DNA of 64,000 bases, from the IMG/VR virus record IMGVR_UViG_3300037423_000480, positions 9,223-73,222 of that record, one strand, 5' to 3'. Positions within the stretch are counted from its first letter, which is position 1, and every line of letters begins with the position of its first letter. The DNA is from a virus. A program made the translations under genes and the position numbers. Of the stretch, positions 33,674-43,613 are shown in pieces. The notes beneath the pieces were generated by a model that was not told the DNA's origin, made no database searches, and saw only the letters and a program-made list of their open reading frames with translations.

Positions 33674-34170
33674 ACATCCTCGCAATCGACATCGGCACCA
33701 CCACCGGCTGGGCGCGGAGCTCGCGCGACGGCACAGTGGCCAGCGGCAGCCAGAACTTCGCGCCGCGACGCATGGAAGCAGCCGGCCAGCGCTGGCTGAA
33801 GTTCCGCGCGTTCCTGGCCGAGCAGCGGCAGCAGGCCGGCGACATCCACGCGGTCTACTACGAGGACGTGAAGGCGCACGGCACGAAGCAGCAGCCGAAC
33901 ACGATAGCGGCGCACGTGTACGGCGGATTCCTGGCGATGTTGGAGGCCTGGTGCGCGGCAAACAACATCCCGCTCAAGCCGGTCGGCGTTGGCACGGTCA
34001 AGAAGCACTGGACCGGCAAAGGCAACGCGAAGAAGGACGAGATGATCGCCGCGGCCAAGGCCAAGGGCTTCGCGCCGGTGGACGACAACCACGCCGACGC
34101 ACTGGCGATCCTGTCGCTGGCGCGGGCGCTGGAAGGCGCGCCGAAGGTTGAAGCACCTGTTCCTTTCTGA
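33670..34170 (+). CDS. RuvC-like Holliday junction resolvase
   Basis: 'ILAIDIGTTTGWA', 'YYEDV', 'KKHWTGKGNAKK', 'NHADALAI'. Confidence 0.85.
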   Translation: MNILAIDIGTTTGWARSSRDGTVASGSQNFAPRRMEAAGQRWLKFRAFLAEQRQQAGDIHAVYYEDVKAHGTKQQPNTIAAHVYGGFLAMLEAWCAANNIPLKPVGVGTVKKHWTGKGNAKKDEMIAAAKAKGFAPVDDNHADALAILSLARALEGAPKVEAPVPF

Positions 34171-34180
34171 GGAGACCACG

Positions 34181-34360
34181 ATGGATTACTCACAAGACCC
34201 GAAGGTAAAGGCGCTGCGCGAAGATGCGCTGGCAAAGCTCCGCGCTGCCGAGAGCGCTCTTCATGCCTACTGGACCGAGTGCGATGTCGGACCCGAGCGC
34301 ACTTGGGGTGCGAACCTGTACGAGATCGTGCGGACGGCACCGAGGGACGCGCGCGAATAA
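34181..34360 (+). CDS. Hypothetical protein (59 aa)
   Basis: GAGGAG RBS. Confidence 0.55.
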   Translation: MDYSQDPKVKALREDALAKLRAAESALHAYWTECDVGPERTWGANLYEIVRTAPRDARE

Positions 34361-34509
34361 TGGACACCCTCATCTTCCCGTGCCTCTGCTGCCTGCTGAT
34401 CGGCTTCCTGGGCGGCTTCGCATTCGGCTTCCGCGTCGCGGCGATGGTGCGGCTGCGGCAGCAGGACGCCGCGCCGCCGGGCGCGGACCTGGTGGAGGAC
34501 TTCGCATGA
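34360..34509 (+). CDS. Small membrane protein (49 aa)
   Basis: TAATG coupling; hydrophobic N-half. Confidence 0.5.
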   Translation: MDTLIFPCLCCLLIGFLGGFAFGFRVAAMVRLRQQDAAPPGADLVEDFA

Positions 34510-34712
34510 AGCTGCCGGTACCGCTCCGCGCTTTCTTCGCCCGCCGCAAGCGGCGGAAGCAGATTCGGGAACTCGAACAGTGCCTCACCGTGGTGAGTCC
34601 GTTGCTGGAGCAGCCCGCGATGTCGCTGGACGACGTGATGGCGCGACACGACACGTTTGTACACGTCATCAAGGCGCGATGGTGCCTGTCCTACCTGCGA
34701 GGTCAAGCATGA
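34506..34712 (+). CDS. Hypothetical protein (68 aa)
   Basis: ATGA coupling, GGAGG RBS. Confidence 0.5.
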   Translation: MKLPVPLRAFFARRKRRKQIRELEQCLTVVSPLLEQPAMSLDDVMARHDTFVHVIKARWCLSYLRGQA

Positions 34713-34773
34713 ACGCCCTGCCCCACCGCGCCCCGCTGGGCGTGAAGCGCCGCGAGCATTACGAGGAGGACCA

Positions 34774-35253
34774 GTGACGCGAGAACGGATCACACGCGGA
34801 TGGAAACCGGCGGGGCCCGGTGCGCAGACGGTCGATGATTTCGTGGAGGTCGCGGCCGAAAGCGTACCGGCGCCGGCGTTCGACCACGACGACGACCAGC
34901 CGCGCGAAAGCATCGAACGGCGCCTGGAGAACTGGGGCCGCTTTGCGCGGATGGAGAGTCGGCCCGACGTCAGCCCGACTGCCGTGTACTGCGAACGGCT
35001 GCGCAAGGAGGCAATGGGGGAGCTGGCCGGCGGCTCCGCGGTGCGTGACCCGGTGAACGAAGCCGATGCGCTGCAGCTCGAGCGCGCGATGCGCGAAATA
35101 CCGGGCGACAAGCGCAAGCTGCTGAAAATCTGCTACGTCGACCGGGAGCGTCCGGAGGTGGTCTGCCGCGTGCTGCGGATACCACACCGGCCCATCGAAA
35201 TTTTCAAGCAGCGGCTGCGCGATGCGCAGGCGGCGATCGAGAAGCTGGTTTGA
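34774..35253 (+). CDS. Q-like late antiterminator
   Basis: 'IERRLENWG', 'ADALQLERAM', C-terminal sigma-r4-like HTH; upstream of pR'/tR'. Confidence 0.65.
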   Translation: MTRERITRGWKPAGPGAQTVDDFVEVAAESVPAPAFDHDDDQPRESIERRLENWGRFARMESRPDVSPTAVYCERLRKEAMGELAGGSAVRDPVNEADALQLERAMREIPGDKRKLLKICYVDRERPEVVCRVLRIPHRPIEIFKQRLRDAQAAIEKLV

Positions 35254-35316
35254 TGGCCGCGAGGATCAGCCACGGGCTGCGATAGAATTCATTGTCGAAA
35301 TACCACGGAGGCATGG

Positions 35317-35655
35317 ATGAGTACGAACGAAAATGACCGCGAGCTGCTGCGGCTGGCGGAAAAGGCAGCTGGGCTGAACTTCAAGCCGACCTATGACGGC
35401 AGCACGGGATGGATTGCCAATGTGCTCCACAAGCCATGGAACCCGCTGCTTGACGACGGCGACGCGCTGCGGTTGGCGGTGAAGCTCGGGATCAGCATCG
35501 ACCCCCGTGAAACTGGAGTTTGCGCAATTGCAAGGGCCAATGAGCATGTGGTGATCGAGCAGGGTTGCGGGGCTTTGCTGATCGTCGCCACCCGCCGCGC
35601 CATCGTGCGCGCAGCAGCCGAGATCGGCAAAGGTGTTGACGCCGCGCAAAAATAG
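35317..35655 (+). CDS. Phage hypothetical protein (112 aa)
   Basis: 'WNPLLDDGDALRLAVKL', 'ATRRAIVRAAAEIGK'; GGAGG RBS. Confidence 0.7.
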   Translation: MSTNENDRELLRLAEKAAGLNFKPTYDGSTGWIANVLHKPWNPLLDDGDALRLAVKLGISIDPRETGVCAIARANEHVVIEQGCGALLIVATRRAIVRAAAEIGKGVDAAQK

Positions 35656-35664
35656 CGTTACATT
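35636..35664 (+). promoter_or_regulatory. Late promoter pR'
   Basis: TTGACG-N17-TACATT. Confidence 0.8.
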
Positions 35665-35742
35665 CCGCGCAACAACTAATTTCCGTCCAGACAGACGTGT
35701 ATGGGTTCCCGATGGGAGCCCCCGGCGTCTCCGGAAGAATCG

Positions 35743-35777
35743 AAGCCCCGTGATCAGCGATGATGCGGGGCTTTTTT
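35743..35777 (+). terminator. tR'-like terminator 1
   Basis: AAGCCCCG...CGGGGCTT + TTTT. Confidence 0.75.
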
Positions 35778-35877
35778 GTTTGCCTGCGCCCTATGCCTGA
35801 CCGGTACAGATGCAGCCGACTGGCCGGTCGTAAGCGGCCACCGTGTCTCCTCGCCCCGTAACGATCCGGGGCAATTC

Positions 35878-35911
35878 GGCCCCGGCAGCCAACAGCCGGG
35901 GCCATTTTTTT
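35878..35911 (+). terminator. tR'-like terminator 2
   Basis: GGCCCCGGC-agccaaca-GCCGGGGCC + ATTTTTTT. Confidence 0.7.
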
Positions 35912-35923
35912 GGGATTGAAACC

Positions 35924-36130
35924 ATGCTCGACCGCGAAGAGGCGCACCTGACCGCGACCGGCACGATCACGCTCGACGAGAACCGAATCCTGATCGAAGG
36001 ATTCGGGGCGCAGAACGGCACCTGCCGCGACGTGGCTGCACTGGCACTCGTGTGGGCCATCGGGCGCTTGCAGCGCGAGCTGATGGCAACGCTGGAGAAG
36101 CCGGGCGGCGGAATCGCCATTGTCAACTAA
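35924..36130 (+). CDS. Hypothetical protein (68 aa)
   Basis: First ORF after the terminators; weak RBS. Confidence 0.5.
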   Translation: MLDREEAHLTATGTITLDENRILIEGFGAQNGTCRDVAALALVWAIGRLQRELMATLEKPGGGIAIVN

Positions 36131-36148
36131 GCCAAGGAAGTAGCCACC

Positions 36149-36352
36149 ATGACGCCAGCCGCCTACATCGCAGCGATCGAGCACGCCGTCATGAACGAGG
36201 ACGCCGAGACCGTCGCGTCGATCGCACTGCGCCTGGTGGACACCGCCGAAGCGATGCAGATCCTGCGCGCCAAGGGCTACGGCACATCCGGCATGGATTT
36301 GGCGGCGATGGCCAGGCTTGTCCCGTGCAACACGGCCAGTGGCGCCAAATAG
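36149..36352 (+). CDS. Hypothetical protein (67 aa)
   Basis: AAGGA RBS. Confidence 0.55.
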   Translation: MTPAAYIAAIEHAVMNEDAETVASIALRLVDTAEAMQILRAKGYGTSGMDLAAMARLVPCNTASGAK

Positions 36353-36411
36353 TCCGCAAAGCCGGTCTGCCGCTGGCGGGCAAATTCGATACCCCATGAG
36401 CGGAGGCTTGA

Positions 36412-36972
36412 ATGCCACACGTTGAATGTGGGGCGAAGACACGCGCCGGAGGGCAGTGCAAAGCCCCGGCGATGAAGAACGGGAGATGCCGCGTCCACGG
36501 CGGCGCGAGCACCGGCGCACCGAAGGGCAACCAGAACGCGATCAAGCACGGCTTCTACTCCGACGCCCTGCTCGACGACGCCGAGCGCGAGCTGTACGAC
36601 CGTGCCCAGCCTGGCACCGTCGACGATGAGATCAAGCTGGCCAAGGTCAAGCTGTTCCGCTACGTGCGGGCCGCCGGCAGCGTCGAGCTGCAGGACATGG
36701 TCGACGGTGCGCTGGAGGTGATCCGCAAGCAGGGCGCGGACCTTAAAGGCATCGACTACGACCGGCGCGAGCTGAAGGTCGCGGCACCCGACTACGCCGA
36801 CCTGATCATCCGCACGCTGGACCTGATCCGCAAGCTCGAGCTAGCGCGGGTGCAGCTGCTGACCGCCCAGGGTGGCGGCGGAACTGGCGACGGTGAGGGC
36901 GACGACATCGACCGCGACGACACCGTAATCCTGCGACCAGATGAACCAATCCCGGAAAAGCCCATCGTCTAA
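36412..36972 (+). CDS. Terminase small subunit with HGGxSTG domain
   Basis: 'CGAKTR...C...GRCRVHGGASTGAPKGNQNAIKHGFYS'; overlaps the large-subunit gene. Confidence 0.8.
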   Translation: MPHVECGAKTRAGGQCKAPAMKNGRCRVHGGASTGAPKGNQNAIKHGFYSDALLDDAERELYDRAQPGTVDDEIKLAKVKLFRYVRAAGSVELQDMVDGALEVIRKQGADLKGIDYDRRELKVAAPDYADLIIRTLDLIRKLELARVQLLTAQGGGGTGDGEGDDIDRDDTVILRPDEPIPEKPIV

Positions 36973-38281
36973 CGTCGCGCTGACGCCGAAGCAGGCGAAC
37001 ATCTTCGCCTGGGGGTTTCAACCCTGCGCACGCTTTCGTGACGGAGTGTGCGGGCGCCGTTTCGGCAAGACGTTCCTGGGCGCGAAGGAGATGCGGCGGG
37101 CGGCCAAGCTGGCAGCACGCTGGCAGGTCTCGACCGACGACGAAATCTGGTACGCGGCGCCGACGTTCAAGCAGGCCAAGCGCGTGTTCTGGAGACGCCT
37201 GAAGAAGGCGATCCCGCCGTCCTGGCGGGAGGGCAAGCCGAACGAGACCGAGTGCTCGATCACGCTCAAGAGTGGGCACGTGATGCGGATCGTCGGCCTG
37301 GACAACTACGACAACCTGCGCGGCTCTGGCCTGTTCTTCGTGCTGGTGGACGAGTGGGCCGATTGCCCTTACGAGGCGTGGGAAGAAGTGCTGCGCCCGA
37401 TGCTGTCGACCTGCCGCTACTGGATCGACGGCGTCGAATACCGCGGCGGACACGCGCTGCGGATCGGCACGCCGAAGGGTTTCAACCACTGCTACGACAC
37501 CTGGCTGGATGGCCAGCCTGCCTACCCGGGTGGCCCTACCCGCCAGCCGGACCACAAGAGCTGGCTGTACACGTCCGAACAGGGTGGCAACGTCCCGGCC
37601 GAGGAGCTGGAGGCCGCGCGCCGCAAGATGGACCCGCGCACGTACCGGCAGGAGTACCAGGCCAGCTTCGAGAACTACCAGGGCCTCATCTACTACTGCT
37701 TCGACCGGCGCCTGAATCACACAGACGACACGGTTCAGCCCTATGAAGACTTGCACATCGGGATGGACTTCAACGTCAGCAAGATGGCGGCGATTGTTCA
37801 CGTGCTACGCAACGATTCTCCGCGTGCCGTGGATGAGTTCACCGAAGTGTTCGACACGCCCGCGATGATCGAGGCGATCCAGTTGCGCTTTCCGGGTCAC
37901 AAGGTGACGGTATATCCGGACGCCTCCGGTCAGAACCGCAAGACGGCCAATGCCAGCGAGTCGGACTTGTCGTTGCTGCGGAAAGCCGGCTTCTTGGTCG
38001 TGGTAGACGAATCGAACCCGAGCGTGAAGGACCGTATCAACAGCGTGAATGCGATGCTGTGCAACACGTACGGGGAGCGGCGCTACTTGGTGAATACGGC
38101 CAAGTGCGGTAAGTACACGACTTCGCTGGAGCGGCAGATTTATAGGGAGAAGCCTGGCAAACCAGGCGAGTTCGAGCCAGATAAAACAGGCGGATTCGAC
38201 CACTCGAACGACGCGGGTGGTTACTTCATCGTGAAGCGCTGGCCGCTTGGCGGGCCGCAGTTCGTGTTCGGCAGCGTATAG
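36941..38281 (+). CDS. Terminase large subunit
   Basis: Walker A 'GRRFGKT', Walker B 'FVLVDE', 'GTPKG', nuclease 'GMDFN', 'DH.ND'. Confidence 0.93.
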   Translation: MNQSRKSPSSNVALTPKQANIFAWGFQPCARFRDGVCGRRFGKTFLGAKEMRRAAKLAARWQVSTDDEIWYAAPTFKQAKRVFWRRLKKAIPPSWREGKPNETECSITLKSGHVMRIVGLDNYDNLRGSGLFFVLVDEWADCPYEAWEEVLRPMLSTCRYWIDGVEYRGGHALRIGTPKGFNHCYDTWLDGQPAYPGGPTRQPDHKSWLYTSEQGGNVPAEELEAARRKMDPRTYRQEYQASFENYQGLIYYCFDRRLNHTDDTVQPYEDLHIGMDFNVSKMAAIVHVLRNDSPRAVDEFTEVFDTPAMIEAIQLRFPGHKVTVYPDASGQNRKTANASESDLSLLRKAGFLVVVDESNPSVKDRINSVNAMLCNTYGERRYLVNTAKCGKYTTSLERQIYREKPGKPGEFEPDKTGGFDHSNDAGGYFIVKRWPLGGPQFVFGSV

Positions 38282-38289
38282 GACAACCC

Positions 38290-39603
38290 ATGCTGGAAAA
38301 ACTGAAACTGTGGGCCGCACGGCGCCGCAACGAGCCGCAGCGCGACACCACGGCCTACGCCAGGCTGTCGTCCATCGGCGTGTACGGCGCCAGCCGGCAC
38401 CGGCCGCTGGTCAAGGCCACGCCCGGCAACCTGCGGCGCTTCGCCAACACCCCGTATGCGCGGCGCGCGATCAACGCCATCAAGAACCCGATCGCGATGC
38501 TCGAATGGGAGGTGCGGCCGATCAAGGGCGTCAAGCTCAACTCGACGCTGCAGCGGCAGGTCGACATCGCCACCGCCTGCCTGAAGAGCCCGAACCACGA
38601 CGACTCGGACCGTACGCTGCGCGAGCAGGTCGTCGAGGACATGCTGATCGCGGGCGCCGGTGCGATCGAGCAGCAGGTCGGTGGCGACGCCGCGCGTCCG
38701 CTGTGGCTGTGGCCGGTGGATTCGACCTCGATCCAGATCTACCCCGGCTGGTCCGGCGACAAGCGCGAGGCGCGCTACCGGCAGGTGATCGGCGCCAATT
38801 CAGTCGGTCTGCAGCAGGGGGAAGACCTGCGCAACGACGAGCTGATCTACATCCGCCTGGACACCAACACCGCCAGCCCGTATTCGTACGGGCCCCTGGA
38901 GACGGCGTTTTCCACCATCAGCCGCCTGCTCGGCGTGGCCGAGTACGCGGGCAACGTCGCAGGCAACGCTCAGCCTGGCTTTGCGCTGTACGGCGGCGAC
39001 ATGGACCAGCCGACGTTGGAGGCGTTCCGGCGCTATTGGCGCGACGAGATCGAGGGCCAAGGCAACACCCCGATCCTGGGCGGCAAGCTCAAGCCGGAAG
39101 TGGTGCGGATGCACGGCGGCGGCGACGAGGCGCTTTACCTGAAGTACCAGGCCTTCGTGATCCGCGAGCTGGCCGCGGCGTTCGGCATCAGCCCGCTGAC
39201 GCTCGGCCTCGAGGGCGACGTCAACCGCAACACCGCCGAGGTCACCGACGAGAAGGACTGGAACCTCACGATCAAGCCGATGGCGAAGCTGTACGCGGCG
39301 CACCTGACGCGCGAGGCGATACAGGGAAGGCTCGGCTTTTCGCAGCTCGAATTCGCGTTCCTCGGGCTGGACCTGGACGACGAGAAGAACCTGGCCGAAG
39401 TGTTTGCGATCGAGTACGAGAACAACGCGGCGACGCCGAATGAATACCGCGAGTCGCGGGGACGGCCGCCACTGACTTCGTTCTGGGCCAACCTGGTCAG
39501 GGCTGACGCCGAAGTGGCGGCGCGCGCAGCGCAAGGCGCGCAGGTAATCGACGATCCGAATCTCCCGCCGGCCGTGCCGGCTCAATCAAAAGGAAAGGAC
39601 TGA
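38290..39603 (+). CDS. Portal protein
   Basis: 437 aa after terminase; 'LWLWPVD', 'ELIYIR', 'TPNEYRE..G.PPL'. Confidence 0.88.
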   Translation: MLEKLKLWAARRRNEPQRDTTAYARLSSIGVYGASRHRPLVKATPGNLRRFANTPYARRAINAIKNPIAMLEWEVRPIKGVKLNSTLQRQVDIATACLKSPNHDDSDRTLREQVVEDMLIAGAGAIEQQVGGDAARPLWLWPVDSTSIQIYPGWSGDKREARYRQVIGANSVGLQQGEDLRNDELIYIRLDTNTASPYSYGPLETAFSTISRLLGVAEYAGNVAGNAQPGFALYGGDMDQPTLEAFRRYWRDEIEGQGNTPILGGKLKPEVVRMHGGGDEALYLKYQAFVIRELAAAFGISPLTLGLEGDVNRNTAEVTDEKDWNLTIKPMAKLYAAHLTREAIQGRLGFSQLEFAFLGLDLDDEKNLAEVFAIEYENNAATPNEYRESRGRPPLTSFWANLVRADAEVAARAAQGAQVIDDPNLPPAVPAQSKGKD

Positions 39604-39604
39604 C

Positions 39605-39952
39605 ATGGCACGCAACGCAGGCAAGGCCGCGGCTGAAGGCGCTGGCGAACTGGATGTGAACCTGAATACCACGTCTGGCGACACCGCCGGCACGCCCCCT
39701 GGCGCACCCGAAGCACCGGAGGCGGCCGGCACCGATGTCGCCTATACCGATCAGGCCAAGCCGATAACCCTGCTGCAGCGGCTGCAAGAGCACATCGCGA
39801 CGGCCGAAAAGAACGGTGATCACGCCGGCGCGGGCGTGCTGCACAACATGGAGGTGCGTGTCAGCGAGCTGAAGCGGCACGCGGCCGATGCTGCGTCGAT
39901 GCTGGAAGGCGAAGCGGCCGAGCTGCTGGGCGCCCTCCGCGACCACCTGTAA
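39605..39952 (+). CDS. Hypothetical protein (115 aa)
   Basis: AAGGA RBS; between portal and protease. Confidence 0.6.
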   Translation: MARNAGKAAAEGAGELDVNLNTTSGDTAGTPPGAPEAPEAAGTDVAYTDQAKPITLLQRLQEHIATAEKNGDHAGAGVLHNMEVRVSELKRHAADAASMLEGEAAELLGALRDHL

Positions 39953-39973
39953 TCCGATCCCGCGGGGGCAGGA

Positions 39974-41368
39974 ATGACCAAACTCGAGAGAAAAACACGG
40001 GATGCGCTGCCAGACAGCGACTTTGCCGTGCCAACCAAGCGCGCAATGCCGATCCATGATGCCGACCACGTGCGCATGGCCTGGAACATGGTTGAGCGCA
40101 TGGACCTCAGCGCGGCCGCGCAGGACGAGGCCCGCAAGCGCATTCTGGAGCGTGCCGAGATGCTGGGCGTCGATACCGCGAGCTGGCAAGCGGCGCCCGG
40201 CCGCTTCACGCTGGCCGGGGGCTCGCTCGAGCTGGCGGCTGCCGACGGCTCGCACCCGAACAAGCACCCGTTCAAGGGCATCCTGACGCGACTGGATGCG
40301 GCCAGCGACAAGCCGCCCGGCGGCTCCGAAGGCAAGCGCGTGCTGCTGCCGACCACGGTGGCGGCGAAGTCGCTCAGCACGCTGGTCGGGATGGCGGTCG
40401 ACTTCACGGCCAAGCTCGACGGGCACGACAAGCGGAGCAAGATCGGCTTGATCGAGGCTGCCTACATCGAGGGCGACGCGCTCTGGATCGAAGGTTTTTT
40501 CTACGCAGCCGACTTCCCCGAGGAAGTTGCGCGCATTCAGGCTGAACAGGCGTCCCTGGGCTTCTCGTACGAAGTGCAAGCGGCTATTCAGTCCCCTAAT
40601 GCCGATCCGTTGGTGATCAGTGGCTGCACATTCACGGGCGCTGCGGTCCTCTACAAGGCCAAGGCTGCCTATACCACCACCTCACTCGCCGCGCATGCGG
40701 ACATGGAGATTGATATGACCCCTGAAGAACTGAAAGCGGCCCTCGGCGGCGTGCTGGCCGAGCAATTGGGCCCGCTGTCCGCGCGCCTCGACAAGCTGGA
40801 AGCCTCGGCCGAAAAGACGCTGGCCGCTGCCGCCGTCATCGAGCGCGTCAAGGAGCACGCCACCGCGCTGAAGACCGTCGCTGATGCGATGGAAACCGAC
40901 GGCATTGGCCTGGACCCGGAATACGGCCACGTGGTCATGCTGCGCAAGCTGGCCGGCAACATGGAAGCCGCCGCCGCCCAGGGCCGCGTGCCGTACAGCA
41001 TCGAGGGCTACGTCTACACCGCCGCTGCTGCACCGGCTGCTGCCGCGCAGACCACCCAGGTCGCAGTCGCAGCCGCAGCCACGCAAGCGGCACCGGCCGC
41101 CGATAAAACCACGCTCGACGCGATCGCTGGCCTCGAAACCAAGGTGGCCGACCTGCAGGCCGCCGCGTTCAAGGGCGCGCAGGAACCCGAGCGCAAGACG
41201 CTGTCGCCCGCGATCCTGACCCTGGTCGCGAAGGCCGGCATCACGATGCCGGGCGAAGGCGAAAAGCTCGACGTGGCCACTGTGGACGCGGCGCTCGACA
41301 AGGCGGGCCTGGACCGCACGAAGCGCATCGCAGTCAAGCAAGGCCTGATGATGCAGGGCGCGCTGTAA
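39974..41368 (+). CDS. Prohead protease/scaffold fusion with extra N-terminal domain
   Basis: Central 'H...KIG.I..A......L..EG....ADFP...LGFSYE...FTGAAVL' protease-like segment; Ala-rich coiled C-terminus; upstream of capsid. Confidence 0.7.
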   Translation: MTKLERKTRDALPDSDFAVPTKRAMPIHDADHVRMAWNMVERMDLSAAAQDEARKRILERAEMLGVDTASWQAAPGRFTLAGGSLELAAADGSHPNKHPFKGILTRLDAASDKPPGGSEGKRVLLPTTVAAKSLSTLVGMAVDFTAKLDGHDKRSKIGLIEAAYIEGDALWIEGFFYAADFPEEVARIQAEQASLGFSYEVQAAIQSPNADPLVISGCTFTGAAVLYKAKAAYTTTSLAAHADMEIDMTPEELKAALGGVLAEQLGPLSARLDKLEASAEKTLAAAAVIERVKEHATALKTVADAMETDGIGLDPEYGHVVMLRKLAGNMEAAAAQGRVPYSIEGYVYTAAAAPAAAAQTTQVAVAAAATQAAPAADKTTLDAIAGLETKVADLQAAAFKGAQEPERKTLSPAILTLVAKAGITMPGEGEKLDVATVDAALDKAGLDRTKRIAVKQGLMMQGAL

Positions 41369-41408
41369 GCGTTCGGCCCTTCCAAAACCTCATTCGAAAG
41401 GAAACACC

Positions 41409-42389
41409 ATGACTGGTGAATTCAAAGCGCTGTCGGCCGCCGCCGACCAACTGGGCACCGGCGCCGTCGAAGTGCCGATGTTCGAATCCGAGATTCTCGA
41501 CGTCGTGCGCCGCACGTCGGTAGCGCTGCAGCGCATGCCTGGTCGCCGCGCCACCGGCCACCCGCACCGCTACTTCGAGCAAACCGCGATCGCGACCGGC
41601 GGCTTTACCGACCCGCGCAACATCACCACCAGCGCTACCGGCCCGACCCGTGTCGAGCGCGCCGCGATGATCAAGGCGATCACCGCACAGTCGAACATCG
41701 GCAAGTTCGACCAGGACGTGACCGAGCAGCAGGGCCAGTTCGCATCGGTCGTGGCGCAGGACATCGACGATATCGCCTCGGGCGTGGTCGTCGCCTCGGC
41801 CAAGGCGCTGTGGAACGGTAACGACACCAGCCTGTCGACGCCGACCACGACCCAGTACGTCGGCCTGCTGACGCAGATCACGCAGACCAGCCAGATCGCG
41901 GCCGGCGCGTCGATCATCGACGGCCTAAAGACGATGGTGGCGAACATGTTGGCCAACCAGACCTTCGTGGTGCGTCCGACTGCGATCTACATCAACCCCC
42001 TGCTGGCCGACCTGATCGACCAGGAAGCCAAAACCTTCCACCGCGACCTCGATACCGTGGAGGTGGCTGCGGGCGTGACCGTGAAGGCGATCTCGACGCA
42101 GGCCGGCGTGCTGCCGCTGATCAGCGACTCGTTCATCCCGACCGACACCACCGCCCAGTACGGCTTCACGGCGCCGGCCGCCGGCAAGAAGAACTACTAC
42201 GCGGTGATCCTGAGCGAGCGTCATGTCGAGCGCCCGTACATCTCGGGCAAGGAAGATAACCCGCTGCCGCGCATCTTCCAGCTCGGTCTGGTCGGTAACC
42301 TCGCCGGCCAGCACGTCGGCGCGATGTTCGACTGCGTCATCGCCAAGGGTGCCAGCTACAACCACGCGGTGGTCTGCGTCACCGCCTGA
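41409..42389 (+). CDS. Major capsid protein (HK97 fold)
   Basis: 326 aa, position, AAGGA RBS, strongly biased codon usage. Confidence 0.8.
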   Translation: MTGEFKALSAAADQLGTGAVEVPMFESEILDVVRRTSVALQRMPGRRATGHPHRYFEQTAIATGGFTDPRNITTSATGPTRVERAAMIKAITAQSNIGKFDQDVTEQQGQFASVVAQDIDDIASGVVVASAKALWNGNDTSLSTPTTTQYVGLLTQITQTSQIAAGASIIDGLKTMVANMLANQTFVVRPTAIYINPLLADLIDQEAKTFHRDLDTVEVAAGVTVKAISTQAGVLPLISDSFIPTDTTAQYGFTAPAAGKKNYYAVILSERHVERPYISGKEDNPLPRIFQLGLVGNLAGQHVGAMFDCVIAKGASYNHAVVCVTA

Positions 42390-42465
42390 TTCCCGGCGGG
42401 CCGATGCAAGGCCATTCCCTTACCCGGAGTGGCTTTCTGTAGGCCCGTCACACCAAGGATTCCCC

Positions 42466-42708
42466 ATGTATGTCTACCGCAAGGGCTGCCCCAACAAGCC
42501 GGGCCGTCATTGGCTGCAGGTGCAGCCGGCGCGCCTCTCGAACGACCATCCCAGCGACTGGCTGGACGAGCAAGGGCAGCCGCGCATGTTCAACATCGAA
42601 TTCATGCACGGCCGCACATCGGTTCCCGACAACCTGGGGCGCTGGCTGGTCGACCATGGCTATGCGCAGGAAACCGCACTGATTCTGCCGGCCACCGTAC
42701 AGGGATGA
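42466..42708 (+). CDS. Hypothetical head-associated protein (80 aa)
   Basis: AAGGA RBS before 42466. Confidence 0.6.
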   Translation: MYVYRKGCPNKPGRHWLQVQPARLSNDHPSDWLDEQGQPRMFNIEFMHGRTSVPDNLGRWLVDHGYAQETALILPATVQG

Positions 42709-43613
42709 ATATGAACCTTTACCTACAAGGTGACGACCTGTCAGCATACGGCACGCCGAGTGCCGGCCGGGCCCAGGTGCGAGCGGCATCGGTCCTGATC
42801 GACAGCTTCCTGCAGCGTCCGGAAGGACTGCTGTACACGGCGGACGCCGCCGGCAACCCGTGCTTTATGGCCGGGATGGCGCCGGTGGCCAGCTTCTCTT
42901 GCGTCGCGCCGATCAACCCGGGCAGCAACGTGGTCGTCACCTTGAACGGCCCCTTGGCGCTGCTCGAGGTCGGCAAGGTGTTGATCCTTGACCGCGCCAA
43001 TGCGCAGCTTGTCGAGCCAGTGCTGGTCACGGCGGTGTCCGGCAACCAGGTAACCCTGGCATCGGTGGCGCTCACCCATGCGGCCGGCGCACAGCTGGAT
43101 GCCGGACTGGTCATTCAAGAGGAGAAGTTCATGCCGGAGGGGCGACCACTGACCGCGGTCTCGCGCGCGCCGGTTCTGCGCCTGCTCGCTGGACAGGGCC
43201 GCTACGGCTACGGCCGGCGCGGGCGCGTCAACGCCTTCGCGATGGACGACTTCAACCTGCTGGCCACCATGACCCATTTCGGCGGGCCGCCGCAGTGGGA
43301 GGGCTTCGACGTCGCGCATGCGGGCTTCGAACCGCACACCGGCAAGGTATGGATCCCGTCCGGCGTGCTGCTGGCCTACTTCTCCGAGGTGCGCCTGCAG
43401 TATGTCGCCGGCTACACCTACGCGACGTTGCCTGCGGCCGTGAAGCAGGCCTGCGCCAACATCATCAACGCGGCAGCGAACTTCCCCATGCTTAACGGGA
43501 ACATCCAGCAACTGACCTCGGGCGATACCCAGGTCAAGCGCTTCGCGGACACCGTGCTCGACGCCGACACGAAGGCGATGCTGGGCCCGTATGTGGCGAG
43601 GGCATTTGCATGA
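42705..43613 (+). CDS. Head-tail connector protein
   Basis: 'AASVLIDSFL', 'YVAGY....LPAAVKQAC', 'LGPYV' gp6/gp15-like motifs with an inserted beta domain. Confidence 0.72.
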   Translation: MNMNLYLQGDDLSAYGTPSAGRAQVRAASVLIDSFLQRPEGLLYTADAAGNPCFMAGMAPVASFSCVAPINPGSNVVVTLNGPLALLEVGKVLILDRANAQLVEPVLVTAVSGNQVTLASVALTHAAGAQLDAGLVIQEEKFMPEGRPLTAVSRAPVLRLLAGQGRYGYGRRGRVNAFAMDDFNLLATMTHFGGPPQWEGFDVAHAGFEPHTGKVWIPSGVLLAYFSEVRLQYVAGYTYATLPAAVKQACANIINAAANFPMLNGNIQQLTSGDTQVKRFADTVLDADTKAMLGPYVARAFA

